Below are positions 50,032-60,498 of a DNA stretch of 64,000 nt, piece by piece (positions within the stretch are counted from its first letter, which is position 1; each line of letters starts with the position of its first letter). The notes beneath the pieces were generated by a model, which saw only the letters and a program-made list of their open reading frames with translations, ran no database searches and was not told where the DNA came from. The position numbers and the translations under genes are program-made. The stretch spans positions 4,288,001 to 4,352,000 of the forward strand of contig OY970166.1 of NCBI GenBank assembly GCA_963706595.1, given 5' to 3'. Origin of the DNA: an uncultured cyanobacterium. GTDB lineage: Bacteria; Cyanobacteriota; Cyanobacteriia; Cyanobacteriales; Nostocaceae.

Positions 50032-50137
50032 TATAGCAATTCCCATTCACGTGAGGTACAAGCACTAATAATTAAACGCAGATGGACGCAGATAAACGCA
50101 GATAATTTTGTACTTGATTAGACTGGTAAATGCTATA
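50032..50137. mobile_element. TA-bounded MITE with (ACGCAGAT)x3
   Basis: TATAGCAATTCCCA...GTACA / TGTAC...TGGTAAATGCTATA imperfect TIRs. Confidence 0.6.
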
Positions 50138-50335
50138 TAGAACCCCTTTGACATCTAAGAAGAGGCTGCAAGCCTCTGAACCATCAGCCGAATAAAACAA
50201 AGATTAACTTTGGCAGTCGCATTAACTAGAATTCGTCAAAGTTTTTAACGAGAATTTTGCATCTCTCCATCCAAGCATTTGACTTTTGGAGTCATCTTAC
50301 TTCAAGATAGTAAAAAATGTCAAATGGGTTCTATA
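50136..50335. mobile_element. TA-bounded MITE with 19-bp TIRs
   Basis: TATAGAACCCCTTTGACAT vs reverse complement of ATGTCAAATGGGTTCTATA (18/19). Confidence 0.75.
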
Positions 50336-50347
50336 TATCCATAATTA

Positions 50348-50809
50348 GTGGCGATGAATTATTGGCTCATGAAATCAGAACCATTAGTCTATAGCATCAC
50401 TGACCTTCAACGGCAGAGCGAGACTATTTGGGATGGCGTTCGCAATTATCAAGCTCGCAATTATTTGCGTCAAATGCTCCCAGGAGATTTAGCTTTTTTC
50501 TATCACTCTAACACTAATCCTCCCGGTATTGTGGGGTTAATGCGTGTAGTCAAAACAGGTATTGCTGACCCGACCCAGTTTGAGCCAAAAAGCAAATACT
50601 TTGACCCGAAATCAAGTCCTGAATCACCGCGTTGGCAAACAGTTGTAGTAGAATTCGGGGAAATTTTTGACCACCCTATTAGTCTGTCAACGCTCAGAGA
50701 AAAGTTTACCCCTGAAGAACTAATGGTGGTCAGACCAGGAAATCGCTTATCGGTGATTCCCGTCTCTGAAGCAGTGGCGATGAAGATTCAGGGCATGAAA
50801 ACCTTTTAA
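50348..50809 (+). CDS. EVE domain protein
   Basis: YWLMKSEP, WDGVRNYQARN, FFYHSN, RLSV. Confidence 0.93.
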   Translation: MAMNYWLMKSEPLVYSITDLQRQSETIWDGVRNYQARNYLRQMLPGDLAFFYHSNTNPPGIVGLMRVVKTGIADPTQFEPKSKYFDPKSSPESPRWQTVVVEFGEIFDHPISLSTLREKFTPEELMVVRPGNRLSVIPVSEAVAMKIQGMKTF

Positions 50810-51004
50810 ATGCAGGCTCAATGCGCTTAAAGGTTTTAAGCAAGGCTGGAAGCTTTATCAAATAAGCGATGGCTTTTCCCCAAAGTGAAAAAGCTATCTA
50901 TTTGTTTGTTCTCTGCTTTACATAAACCTACTTAAAACCACCATCAACATCACCTGATTTACTATAAAATTGTATAGACCAAAGATTAAAAAGAAGATGA
51001 GATC

Positions 51005-51229
51005 ATGAGTTATCAAGACATCATTAAGATTGAACCTGGAAAACGCAGTGGGAAACCTTGCATTCGAGGAATGCGTATCACTGTGTACGATATTTTGGAA
51101 TATTTAGCGGGTGGGATGACAGAAGCAGAAATTCTCGAAGATTTTTCAGAACTGACATCTAAAGATATTAAAGCTTGTCTTGCTTTTGCTGCTGATCGAG
51201 AGAAAAAATTATTTATTGCATCTCTATGA
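51005..51229 (+). CDS. DUF433 antitoxin
   Basis: GKPCIRGMRITVYDILEYLAGG. Confidence 0.9.
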   Translation: MSYQDIIKIEPGKRSGKPCIRGMRITVYDILEYLAGGMTEAEILEDFSELTSKDIKACLAFAADREKKLFIASL

Positions 51230-51348
51230 AACTGCTATTAGATGAAAATTTGTCAGATCGGATTGTTGATAAAATTATTGACCTATATCCTGATTGTCAA
51301 CACGTTAAAACTTTAAGACTTATAAATATAGACAAAGCATTTCAGTAG
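51226..51348 (+). pseudogene. Truncated DUF5615 PIN-like toxin
   Basis: ATGA overlap with DUF433; MKLLLDENLSDRIV...HVK then stop after 40 codons. Confidence 0.75.
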
Positions 51349-51473
51349 TTATAAAGCATGACCCCAGTCATAACAGATAGCTACGGAATATGAATTAAAT
51401 AACATCCAAATTTTGGTTTTTGACCTCACACCGCCTTTAACTTACGTCAAAGTCTCCCCTCTCCTTACTAAGG

Positions 51474-51618
51474 CTACGGTGTACACACAAGTGATCTGAT
51501 CCCCCTAAATCCCCCTTAAAAAGGGGGACTTTAAGAAATTTTCCCCCCTTCTCAAGAGGGGCTAGGGGGGATCAAAACGTGATGAGGCAACTTGATAAGA
51601 CTTGTGTGTACACGATAG
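51474..51618. mobile_element. IS4/IS50-like MITE inserted in a REP-like palindrome
   Basis: 19-bp TIR CTACGGTGTACACACAAGT (17/19); CCTTACTAAGG duplicated at 51463-51473 and 51619-51629. Confidence 0.85.
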
Positions 51619-51888
51619 CCTTACTAAGGAGAGGGGTTGGGGGTGAGGTTCTGTATTTTATTAAATCCGCATTCCTACGCTGCACTTCGTCAACGTATAC
51701 CAAAGTATCCCATAAACTCAGTACCTTCCTCATTGTTGAGTAACCTCTAGCTATTGCTAACAACCGCCCTAAAAGGGACGGATAACACAACTATGACCAA
51801 GATTAAATATTTTTAACATTACGTTACAATAAATTCATAGAGAAAAGCGCAAGCAAATCTCTTATATATGTATTCAAAGGTGTACGGC

Positions 51889-53013
51889 ATGAATGGCACA
51901 ATTCGCGTTGGTAATCTCTTCGGGATTCCCTTCTATATCCATCCGTCATGGTTTCTAGTTCTGGGCTTGGTAGCTTGGAGTTATAGCAGTGGACTGACGG
52001 CACAATTTCCCTTATTATCTGGGGGATTAGCTTTAACACTGGGATTGATGACAGCGTTGTTATTGTTTGCCTCTGTCGTCGCCCATGAATTAGGACATAG
52101 CTTTGTCGCAATTCGCCAAGGAATCGATGTCAAATCCATCACATTATTTATATTTGGTGGCTTGGCTAGTTTAGAAAAAGAATCGGAAACCCCAGGGGAA
52201 GCATTTTGGGTGGCGATTGCAGGTCCTTTAGTTAGCCTCGTCCTCTGTGGTGTATTCACAGTCATTGGTGTCACTACCGCCGCCACAGGTGCAACAGCAG
52301 CTATCCTTGGTGTTCTGGCTTCTGTTAACTTGGCATTAGCGTTATTTAACTTAATTCCTGGCTTACCTTTAGATGGTGGTAATATCCTCAAGGCTGCTGT
52401 GTGGAAGATTACAGGCAACCCTTACAAAGGTGTAACTTTCGCCAGTCGCGTAGGACAAATATTTGGTTGGGTGGCGATCGCATCTGGTTTAATTCCCCTA
52501 TTATTCTTTGGTAGCTTCGCCAACTCTTGGAACTTGTTAATCGGTTTCTTCTTGCTACAAAATGCTGGTAAATCAGCCCAATTTGCCAGAGTACAACAAA
52601 AATTCACAGGCTTGACCGCAGCAGATGCTGTAACCGACCATAGCCCCATCGTATCCGCCAATACTAGCCTCAGAGAGTTTGCAGACCAACGAATTTTTAA
52701 CAATCAAGATTGGAAAACATTCTTAGTCACTGATGAAGATGGAAAATTAATCGGCGCAATTAACCTGAATGATTTGCGGACTGTTCCCACAACACAGTGG
52801 ACAGAAACCCCAGTCAGCGCCGTGATGAAGTCCATTGAAGAATCGACTACAGTTAAATCAGATCAACCTCTGTTGGAAGTAGTACAGTTACTCGAACAAC
52901 AAAAGTTATCTACGATTTCTGTGATTCGTGACAATGGTGTACTGGTGGGAATTTTAGAAAAAGCAGCGATTATTCAGTTACTGCAAAATAGAACTCAACC
53001 TAATCCTGTATAG
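51889..53013 (+). CDS. Site-2 protease (M50) with CBS domains
   Basis: AHELGH, FNLIPGLPLDGG; C-terminal CBS pair. Confidence 0.92.
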   Translation: MNGTIRVGNLFGIPFYIHPSWFLVLGLVAWSYSSGLTAQFPLLSGGLALTLGLMTALLLFASVVAHELGHSFVAIRQGIDVKSITLFIFGGLASLEKESETPGEAFWVAIAGPLVSLVLCGVFTVIGVTTAATGATAAILGVLASVNLALALFNLIPGLPLDGGNILKAAVWKITGNPYKGVTFASRVGQIFGWVAIASGLIPLLFFGSFANSWNLLIGFFLLQNAGKSAQFARVQQKFTGLTAADAVTDHSPIVSANTSLREFADQRIFNNQDWKTFLVTDEDGKLIGAINLNDLRTVPTTQWTETPVSAVMKSIEESTTVKSDQPLLEVVQLLEQQKLSTISVIRDNGVLVGILEKAAIIQLLQNRTQPNPV

Positions 53014-53116
53014 TTGTCTGACAAAATTGAATAGCTGAAAGACTCCCTCGGATTTTCTGGGGGAGTTTTAAAATTAATTATTTCACGCAGAGGCGCAGAG
53101 GCGCAGAGAGTTAGAG

Positions 53117-53809
53117 ATGTTTGAGAAACAGCCAGAAGGTTTACAGCAACGGGTGAAGGAGTTAGCGAACCAAGCTATGGAAGAGGCTAATCCTACTGCA
53201 TGGTTTGATGTTTTATATAGTCAGTCTCAGGGTGATGTCACACAAATTCCTTGGGCTAAGTTAATTTGTCACCCTTATTTACAAGATTGGTTGACTATTC
53301 ATGATACTCAAGGTGAGGGACTTTCGGCGCTGGTAATTGGGTGTGGTTTGGGAGATGATGCAGAAGCTTTAGCCAGTCGGGGTTTTCAAGTTACTGCTTT
53401 TGATATTTCGCCAACGGCTATTGATTGGTGTCAGCAACGATTTCCTGATTCTTCTGTGAATTATGTAGTTGCAGATTTGTTAAATTTACCTGCACAATGG
53501 CATCAAGCTTTTGATTTAGTTGTAGAAATTCGGAATATCCAAGCTTTACCTTTAAATCTCCGTTCTACTGTGATTGCGTCAGTGGCTTCTGTAGTCGCCG
53601 CAACAGGAACTTTATTAGTGATTAATCGGTTTAGAGACACAGATATAGAACCTGATGGACCTCCCTGGGCTTTGTCTGATTCCGAATTAGCCCAGTTTAC
53701 AGAATTGGGTTTACAAGAAGTCAGCCGTGTGCAGTTTTATGAGGGTGAACGGGTTGATGTTCCACAACTACGGTTAGAATATCAGAAATCTGTCCCGCCA
53801 AAAGTCTAA
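53117..53809 (+). CDS. Class I SAM-dependent methyltransferase (TPMT-like)
   Basis: VIGCGLGDDA, AFDISPTAI, GPPW. Confidence 0.88.
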   Translation: MFEKQPEGLQQRVKELANQAMEEANPTAWFDVLYSQSQGDVTQIPWAKLICHPYLQDWLTIHDTQGEGLSALVIGCGLGDDAEALASRGFQVTAFDISPTAIDWCQQRFPDSSVNYVVADLLNLPAQWHQAFDLVVEIRNIQALPLNLRSTVIASVASVVAATGTLLVINRFRDTDIEPDGPPWALSDSELAQFTELGLQEVSRVQFYEGERVDVPQLRLEYQKSVPPKV

Positions 53810-53895
53810 TAATGCTACAAAATGTTACCTCAGCACTGCTTTAGAAATTTTTGAGTCACAATAGAGGTAGAAGTCATCTACGATTGGAGGTTGTG

Positions 53896-54009
53896 ATGAT
53901 TTACAACTTGACACTATTTGACCCTACCAACTACCTAATTGTTAAACTCAGTATCCTGATTTTGGTACTGCTGACATTTTTGGTAATTTCTGCCGCACCA
54001 GCAGTTTAG
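53896..54009 (+). CDS. 37-aa single-TM small protein (below the ORF-track cutoff)
   Basis: GGAGG 5 nt before ATG; MIYNLTLFDPTNYLIVKLSILILVLLTFLVISAAPAV. Confidence 0.55.
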   Translation: MIYNLTLFDPTNYLIVKLSILILVLLTFLVISAAPAV

Positions 54010-54681
54010 TCACTCGACTAATTCCACGCCGAATACTTCCGCAAAACAATCAGCTATATTAACACGCACTTCTTCGCAGGTAATACCGGGAATCCATTCG
54101 GCTAAACTGGCGACGGGTTTATCAGCAATACCACAGGGGATAATTTGTTTAAAGCCTGACATATCGGGACAAACATTGAATGCAAACCCGTGCATGGTAA
54201 TCCAACGGCTGACTTTAATGCCGATGGCGGCGACTTTACGCCCTTCTAACCAAACTCCAGTAAAACCCGGTAGGCGATCGCCTGTCAACCCATAAACTGC
54301 CAATACCCGAATTAATACTTCTTCTAGCTGCCGTAAATACCAATGCAAATCTTTACGATAATATTGCAGATTTAAAATAGGATACCCCACAACTTGACCA
54401 GGGCAATGGTAAGTTACTTCGCCACCACGTTCAACTCTGTGAACATTGAACTTACTTTGATCTAGGTCTTTGAGAAATTCGGGGTTGCTGCCTTGTCCCA
54501 AAGTATAGACAGGCGGATGCTCTAGCAATATTAACACATCATCCAGACTAGGTTGAAGAATGCGCTCCTGGAGAAGCGATCGCTGCCATAAAAGTGCCTC
54601 TGTGTATGGCATCAATCCGGCGTTAAATAACAAACAACGTCTGGAATCCCTTTCGGTACTACGAATCATGCCAAAAAACAA
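54010..54681 (-). CDS. lipB: Lipoyl(octanoyl) transferase
   Basis: [38 protein letters not shown]. Confidence 0.95.
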   Translation of the reverse strand: MFFGMIRSTERDSRRCLLFNAGLMPYTEALLWQRSLLQERILQPSLDDVLILLEHPPVYTLGQGSNPEFLKDLDQSKFNVHRVERGGEVTYHCPGQVVGYPILNLQYYRKDLHWYLRQLEEVLIRVLAVYGLTGDRLPGFTGVWLEGRKVAAIGIKVSRWITMHGFAFNVCPDMSGFKQIIPCGIADKPVASLAEWIPGITCEEVRVNIADCFAEVFGVELVE

Positions 54682-55062
54682 CTGGGTTATTCACCAAATA
54701 TATTTCAATTTACAGCTTTTGGGTCAAGAAATGTCAAGCAATGCAAAGGATTTTAAAGGAACGCCAAAGTCAGGTGCATTCTAGAATACAAAATGCTAAG
54801 TTGAATATATAACCTCAACGGTGTTAGGAGGAAATCTCAGCATCCAGCATCACGCCAAACAGAATCAGAACGAATGCACTGGCTGGTGAATCTCATAAAT
54901 CGTTTGCATCTGGAACTGGATCACCCATCCAAAACAGAGCCAACGCATAAGCAGTACATTAAAATAGTTCAAAATTTGTTTTGGCGGTAGTGAAAGACCT
55001 TACCGCGACTTCTTTTCATACAAAACAAATTCACATCAAATATATTCAGTGGGAGAGTTTAC

Positions 55063-55704
55063 ATGAAGCTTGTCATCCACGGCAAAAATATTGAAATCAC
55101 CGATGCTATTCGGGAGTATGTACATCTAAAAATTGAAAAAGCCGTAAGTCATTTTCAGAACATCACCAATGAAGTGGATGTGCATCTGAGTGTCGCCCGC
55201 AATCCTCGGATTACCACCAAGCAAGCGGCGGAAGTCACTATTTTTGCAAATGGTAGTGTTATCCGTGCAGAGGAAAGCAGCGAAAATTTATACGCCAGCA
55301 TTGATTTAGTAGCAGATAAAATTGCCCGTCAACTGCGTAAATATAAGGAAAGACTTCAAGACCAGAAAACTAATGCCCCACCCACAAATCAAGTATTAGT
55401 TCCTGAACCAGTGGCGGCGGATTTAATAGGCGATCGCACCCCCGAACTACCAAACGAGGTCGTCCGTACAAAGTATTTTTCCATGCCCCCGATGACCGTT
55501 GCAGAAGCCACACAACAGCTGCAACTGGTGGGACACGACTTTTATATGTTCCACAACTCTGAAACTGGCGAAATGAATGTGGTTTACGAGCGTAACCACG
55601 GCGGTTACGGTGTAATTCAACCCCGTCATAGTAACGGAAACACCAACGGCAAAAATGGCAATTCAGCCCAAGCTGTCCCCGAAAAAGCCCACTCTCATAA
55701 GTAA
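55063..55704 (+). CDS. lrtA: Ribosome hibernation factor (long HPF / LrtA / RaiA)
   Basis: [43 protein letters not shown]. Confidence 0.93.
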   Translation: MKLVIHGKNIEITDAIREYVHLKIEKAVSHFQNITNEVDVHLSVARNPRITTKQAAEVTIFANGSVIRAEESSENLYASIDLVADKIARQLRKYKERLQDQKTNAPPTNQVLVPEPVAADLIGDRTPELPNEVVRTKYFSMPPMTVAEATQQLQLVGHDFYMFHNSETGEMNVVYERNHGGYGVIQPRHSNGNTNGKNGNSAQAVPEKAHSHK

Positions 55705-55719
55705 GAGTCGGGTCAGCAG

Positions 55720-55834
55720 ACCTAACCCCCCTAGCCCCCCTTCCCTACAAGGGAATGGGGGAAACTAACTCACCTCTCTAGCTCACCTTTCTAGCTCCCC
55801 TCTCCTTACTAAGGAGAGGGGCTGGGGGTGAGGT
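55720..55834. repeat. REP-like palindrome doublet between convergent genes
   Basis: CCCCCTTCCCTACAAGGGAATGGGGG and CTCCCCTCTCCTTACTAAGGAGAGGGG; same family as in the devA array and at 51454. Confidence 0.75.
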
Positions 55835-55838
55835 TCTT

Positions 55839-56297
55839 TTATACCGCCAACTGTTGCAAAGTTTTCAGCGCTTCCTCAACGTGACCCTTAAAATTCAACA
55901 TTGAATCAAACACATACTGCACAACGCCCTCTTTGTCAATCACATAAGTCACACGACCGGGGACAAAACCAAACATAGCAGTTGCGCCGTATTGCTTCCG
56001 TACTTGGTCGCCTTTATCACTCAACAGCGTAAAAGGTAAATTGTACTTCTGGGCAAATTTCTGGTGAGACTCGTTAGAATCACCGCTAACGCCAATCACT
56101 TCCGCACCAGCAGTTTTAAACACCTCATATTGATCCCGGAAAGCACAAGATTCGGCTGTACATCCCGGTGTATCATCCTTGGGATAAAAGTATAACACCA
56201 CAGCTTTTTGACCACGAAAAGCGCTAAGGCTAACTGTGGAACCATTTTGGGCGCTGAGAGAGAAATCAGGCGCAGTATCACCAACTTTAACAGACAT
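55839..56297 (-). CDS. bcp: Peroxiredoxin Q / BCP
   Basis: [20 protein letters not shown]. Confidence 0.92.
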   Translation of the reverse strand: MSVKVGDTAPDFSLSAQNGSTVSLSAFRGQKAVVLYFYPKDDTPGCTAESCAFRDQYEVFKTAGAEVIGVSGDSNESHQKFAQKYNLPFTLLSDKGDQVRKQYGATAMFGFVPGRVTYVIDKEGVVQYVFDSMLNFKGHVEEALKTLQQLAV

Positions 56298-56317
56298 ATT
56301 ATTTCTTACCGATTTTA

Positions 56318-58249
56318 TTAAGCATCCATCTCTGCTAATTCTAACCACCGTTCTGTCGCCGTATCAATCGAATGCTTGAGATTTTCCACTTGTTCGTAGA
56401 GTTTCTGGACTTGGGTGTAATTCCCAGCAGAGACATTTACCAAAGCTTTTTCGGCTGTGGCTTTCTCAGTTTCCAACTTGGCAATTTTACCTTCTAACTC
56501 CTCAAATTCCCGCTTTTCCCAGTTTGATAGTCTGCGGCGCTTTTTATTGTCGCTGTCTGAAGACGAAGCTGCAACTTTCACCTCTTCCTTGGGTTTTTCC
56601 TTCGTATTCGCGGTTTGTTGCTGTTTTGCTTCTTCCTCCTCAGCCTTCTTGTAATCGAGATAAATTGAGTAATTACCTGGATATTTACGGAGATTACCGC
56701 CCTCTTCCAAGGAAAAAATAGTATCTACAGTGCGATCTAAAAAGTAGCGATCGTGAGAAACTGCAATTACACAACCAGGAAAATCTTCTAAATAATCCTC
56801 TAGTACCGCCAATGTCTGCACATCTAAATCATTGGTAGGTTCATCTAAAATCAACACATTAGGCGCACCAATCAGAATCCGCAGTAAAAACAAACGGCGT
56901 TTTTCTCCACCAGATAACTTATTAATTGGCGCATATTGCTGGTTTCCGGGAAACAGAAACCGTTCTAACATTTGAGAAGCAGAAATTTGAGTTCCATCAG
57001 AAACTTTGACAAATTCGCCCTCTTCTTTAATGTAGTCAATCACGCGCTGATTTTCGTCTACGGCTGAAAGTAACTCTTCCGAATGCTGGTCAAAATAGCC
57101 GATGTGAATTGTCGTCCCAATATCCACAATACCGGAATCTGGTTGAATACGTTTGGTAATCATATCCATTAAAGTAGATTTACCAGTTCCATTTCCGCCA
57201 ATAATTCCAATGCGATCTTCTGGACTAAATTCGTAGGTGAAATCCTTAATTAAAGTCCGTCCATCATAGCCTTTAGAGACGTTATTTAATTCAATAACTT
57301 TTTTACCAATGCGACGGCTAACGGTGGAAATATCAACTTTTCCCTGGACTTGTTTAAACTCAGTTTCCCGCAAACTTTCTACGCGTTGAATTCGGGCTTT
57401 TTGTTTAGTGCTTCTGGCTTTTGGTCCCCGGCTTAACCATTCTAATTCTCGGCGTAATATACCTTTGTGTTTGCGTTGGCTACTAATTGCCGATTCTTCA
57501 GCTAAAGCTTTCTTTTCCAGGTAATATGAATAATTACCAGAATAAGTGTAAATATCGCCTCGGTCGATTTCAATAATTCGGTTTGTGACTTGATCAAGAA
57601 AATAGCGGTCGTGAGTTATGAGCAAAAGTGCGCCACGAAAGCGATTTAAATAACTTTGCAGCCATTCCACAGACAGCGCATCCAGATGGTTTGTAGGTTC
57701 ATCCATCAGTAAAACATCTGGTTCTGATAGTAAGGCTGTTGCTAAAGCGATGCGCTTGCGATAGCCTCCTGACAAAGTACCAATAACCGCATCAAAATCA
57801 GAAATTCCTAACTTAGTTAAGATAATTTTGGCGTTGGTTTCCAGTTCCCAAGCGCCAGCAGTTTCCATGCGTTGCATTACCCCAGACAAGCGGGACATTA
57901 ACTGACTATCTTCTGGATGGTGAACCAGTTTATGAGATAGTTCTTCATACTCACGCACCAAAGCCAAATGTTCACCACTATCAGCAAAAATTTGCTCTAA
58001 AACAGTGTGATTTTCATCTAAATCTGGCTGCTGCGGTAAGTAAATTACTTTTGCACCAGAACTAAAGGTAATTTGTCCACTATCAATTGATTCTAATCCG
58101 GCAATCATTTTTAATAAAGTTGATTTACCAGAACCGTTAGTCCCAATTAAGCCAACTTTATCGGTAGCATCTAAGCTAAAACTAGCATCTCGTAAAAGTT
58201 CTTTGATGCCAAAATCTTTTTTAACTGATTGTAATGTAATAGTACTCAT
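56318..58249 (-). CDS. ABC-F family ATPase (Uup-like)
   Basis: Two ABC cassettes, no [14 protein letters not shown] linker; C-terminal coiled coil. Confidence 0.9.
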   Translation of the reverse strand: MSTITLQSVKKDFGIKELLRDASFSLDATDKVGLIGTNGSGKSTLLKMIAGLESIDSGQITFSSGAKVIYLPQQPDLDENHTVLEQIFADSGEHLALVREYEELSHKLVHHPEDSQLMSRLSGVMQRMETAGAWELETNAKIILTKLGISDFDAVIGTLSGGYRKRIALATALLSEPDVLLMDEPTNHLDALSVEWLQSYLNRFRGALLLITHDRYFLDQVTNRIIEIDRGDIYTYSGNYSYYLEKKALAEESAISSQRKHKGILRRELEWLSRGPKARSTKQKARIQRVESLRETEFKQVQGKVDISTVSRRIGKKVIELNNVSKGYDGRTLIKDFTYEFSPEDRIGIIGGNGTGKSTLMDMITKRIQPDSGIVDIGTTIHIGYFDQHSEELLSAVDENQRVIDYIKEEGEFVKVSDGTQISASQMLERFLFPGNQQYAPINKLSGGEKRRLFLLRILIGAPNVLILDEPTNDLDVQTLAVLEDYLEDFPGCVIAVSHDRYFLDRTVDTIFSLEEGGNLRKYPGNYSIYLDYKKAEEEEAKQQQTANTKEKPKEEVKVAASSSDSDNKKRRRLSNWEKREFEELEGKIAKLETEKATAEKALVNVSAGNYTQVQKLYEQVENLKHSIDTATERWLELAEMDA

Positions 58250-58445
58250 AAAAATTAGTTATTAGCCCTTCGGCTACGCTCAGGGTAAATCATTGATCAT
58301 TAGTCGGTGTCTGTAGAACATCTAGTTTTACCAAGATGGGAACATTTCAAGTGGGTTATTTTCTTTTATCCGCCTGTGTAAGTTACAATCTCGTTAGTCA
58401 ATTTAACTTACACATTTGGAATACTTCCAACGACAGTGGCAAATT

Positions 58446-58862
58446 CTACACAAATAAATCCAGGGGTAAATGTCCATACATTTCGTTGATTCCCCCTTCA
58501 TTATAAGATTGGCAAGAAATTAATACACCCCGATGATGTCCGGCATAAGCATCGAGATAACATAATCCATTTTTGCCATTCAATTTGATATAAACTGGAC
58601 CTTCGGGTGTAGCTAAATCAGTGGGGACTTCATAGCCAAAAGCATGAGAATAAGTCCTCATCGCCAGTATCCCATCTTCTGCGGTATCAGCACAAATCCC
58701 TAATATTTGGTAATCCGAAATACTAGCTACCAAAGTTAAAGCCCGACGCACCAAGGCTTTTTCTGAAGGTTTGAGAATGGGTGCGATGTCTAAGCAGTTG
58801 AATTTATGCAGAATTTTTGTAGCTTCTGAGATTGTCAGGTCTTGATGGTTTGGTGTCGTCAT
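58446..58862 (-). CDS. DUF1824 family protein
   Basis: SDYQILGICA, GPVYIK, RGVLISCQ, GHLPLDLF. Confidence 0.75.
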   Translation of the reverse strand: MTTPNHQDLTISEATKILHKFNCLDIAPILKPSEKALVRRALTLVASISDYQILGICADTAEDGILAMRTYSHAFGYEVPTDLATPEGPVYIKLNGKNGLCYLDAYAGHHRGVLISCQSYNEGGINEMYGHLPLDLFV

Positions 58863-58943
58863 AAATCAATTTATGATTTTCTGGGTTTGGCTTTGGTATC
58901 TGAGGTGGGTTACTCCCACCCCATTTTGCATTATTTACTCAAA

Positions 58944-59825
58944 TTATGGTTGATTGTATTCGGGATTTCCCAGGTTGAAAAGGAATGGCACACCGCCTTT
59001 GGATTCATTACCCATAACGAGGACTCTAGGCATCTGAGAGCCGCCATTTCTCCAAGCTTCAATTGCTTCTTTTTGCAGAACTAACTGCCCACCTTGGGCT
59101 TTGAGAGTCTCTGCTAAGAGTTTTTGGGCTTCGGCTCTACCCTTGGCGCGATTCACATCCGCCTGAGCTTGTTGTTCGGCTTCCCTGGCTATATAAACGG
59201 CTCTTTGCGCTCGCTGTTCAGCTATCTGTTTTTCTTCTACAGCTTTGGCAAATTCTGGCGAGAAATTCAAGTCAACTACGCTAGTATCTAGCACAATTAT
59301 CCCATATTTAGCCAGGCGATTGCCCAAAGCAAAATCAAAGTCTTCTTTTAATTCACTCCTTTTGGTAATTGCTTCTTCTACTGTTCTTCTAGCAGCAGCG
59401 ATTTTAAATGCTTCCTGTGTCTGAGGAGCAATGATTTTTGAGACAATATTTGCTAAAGTTCCTTGCTTTCTTCTTACCTCAACTACCTGTGTGGGGTCAA
59501 GGCGAAAGTTAATCGCAAATCTTGCTGATAAATTTTGCAAGTCCTTGGTAGAACTTTCGGCTGGGACTTCAAATTTTTGTACCGTCAAATCATACACATC
59601 AACTACCGACACCAGGGGTGGTTTAATGTGAATACCTTCTAGTAGCGCACCATCTCTAGCTTTACCTAAGATGCTGATGACTCCTGCTTGTCCTGGGTTG
59701 AGAATAACAAAGGAATTTAGTCCGACGAGGACAATGAGTGCTAACACAATTCCAAAAACTGTGGTTTGCCAATTCCCAAATTGCTGACTTTTCAAGGTTC
59801 TATCTCCTTTTGCATCTTTAGGCAA
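58944..59825 (-). CDS. Prohibitin/SPFH family protein
   Basis: N-terminal TM, STKDLQ, FSPEFAKAVEEKQIAEQ. Confidence 0.9.
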   Translation of the reverse strand: MPKDAKGDRTLKSQQFGNWQTTVFGIVLALIVLVGLNSFVILNPGQAGVISILGKARDGALLEGIHIKPPLVSVVDVYDLTVQKFEVPAESSTKDLQNLSARFAINFRLDPTQVVEVRRKQGTLANIVSKIIAPQTQEAFKIAAARRTVEEAITKRSELKEDFDFALGNRLAKYGIIVLDTSVVDLNFSPEFAKAVEEKQIAEQRAQRAVYIAREAEQQAQADVNRAKGRAEAQKLLAETLKAQGGQLVLQKEAIEAWRNGGSQMPRVLVMGNESKGGVPFLFNLGNPEYNQP

Positions 59826-59857
59826 CTCCTGTACTATGGTGACACGTCCTCGGTAAA

Positions 59858-60466
59858 AAGAGGCAGGGGGGCAGGGAGCAGGGGGCAGGGGAGAAGAGGC
59901 TGGGTGGCGGGGAGAAGAGGCAGGGGAAAAGAGGCAGGGGAGCAGGGAGCAGGGGGCAGGGGAGAAGAGGCAGGGTGGCGGGAATTAGCGTTTTAACAGC
60001 CAGGGTGTTGGGTTGTTGATAATAGTTACTAGAATGCTTAAAATGCGATTGTAGGCTCCATAAAGTTCTCTACCTGTTTCCACATCTAAATAATTACATT
60101 TAACCGCGAACTTAAGCCAAGTTTGCGTTTCTGCTGCCTCGGACTCAGAATCACTTAGTTTAGCTACAAAAGCTGCTTCATAACGACGCTTTCTCCATGC
60201 TTCTGCAAGATTTGCACAAACAGAACGAGATGAACGACGAATTTGATCTATCAATGAATACTTCTCTTCTACAGGAAACTTCTTTGATAATTCAAAAATT
60301 TTCATGGCAACATCAAATGCCATTTTGTAAACTTCCAAGTCTTCATGACTTTTAATTGGTTCTTTTTCCATGTTCCCTGCTACTTTTTTTACCTATCTTA
60401 CCCCCGCTCCTTGCCCCCCTTGCTTCTTCTCCCCCCTGCTCCCTGCCCCCTGCCCCCCTGCCTCTT
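59858..60466. mobile_element. Candidate mobile cassette: four-helix-bundle gene between inverted heptamer-repeat arms
   Basis: Perfect 19-bp terminal IR AAGAGGCAGGGGGGCAGGG at 59858 and (reverse) ending 60466. Confidence 0.6.
59985..60371 (-). CDS. Four-helix bundle protein (23S rRNA IVS protein / bAvd-like family)
   Basis: HEDLEVYK, FPVEEKYSLIDQIRRSSRSVCANLAE, SEAAETQTWL. Confidence 0.92.
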   Translation of the reverse strand: MEKEPIKSHEDLEVYKMAFDVAMKIFELSKKFPVEEKYSLIDQIRRSSRSVCANLAEAWRKRRYEAAFVAKLSDSESEAAETQTWLKFAVKCNYLDVETGRELYGAYNRILSILVTIINNPTPWLLKR

Positions 60467-60498
60467 ATTGTGGTAACATCAGTGTCACGCAACCGTAA

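Noticed and set aside
59985..60371. Diversity-generating retroelement (Avd-like gene)
   Set aside because: No reverse transcriptase and no TR/VR pair with adenine-specific differences seen in the window.
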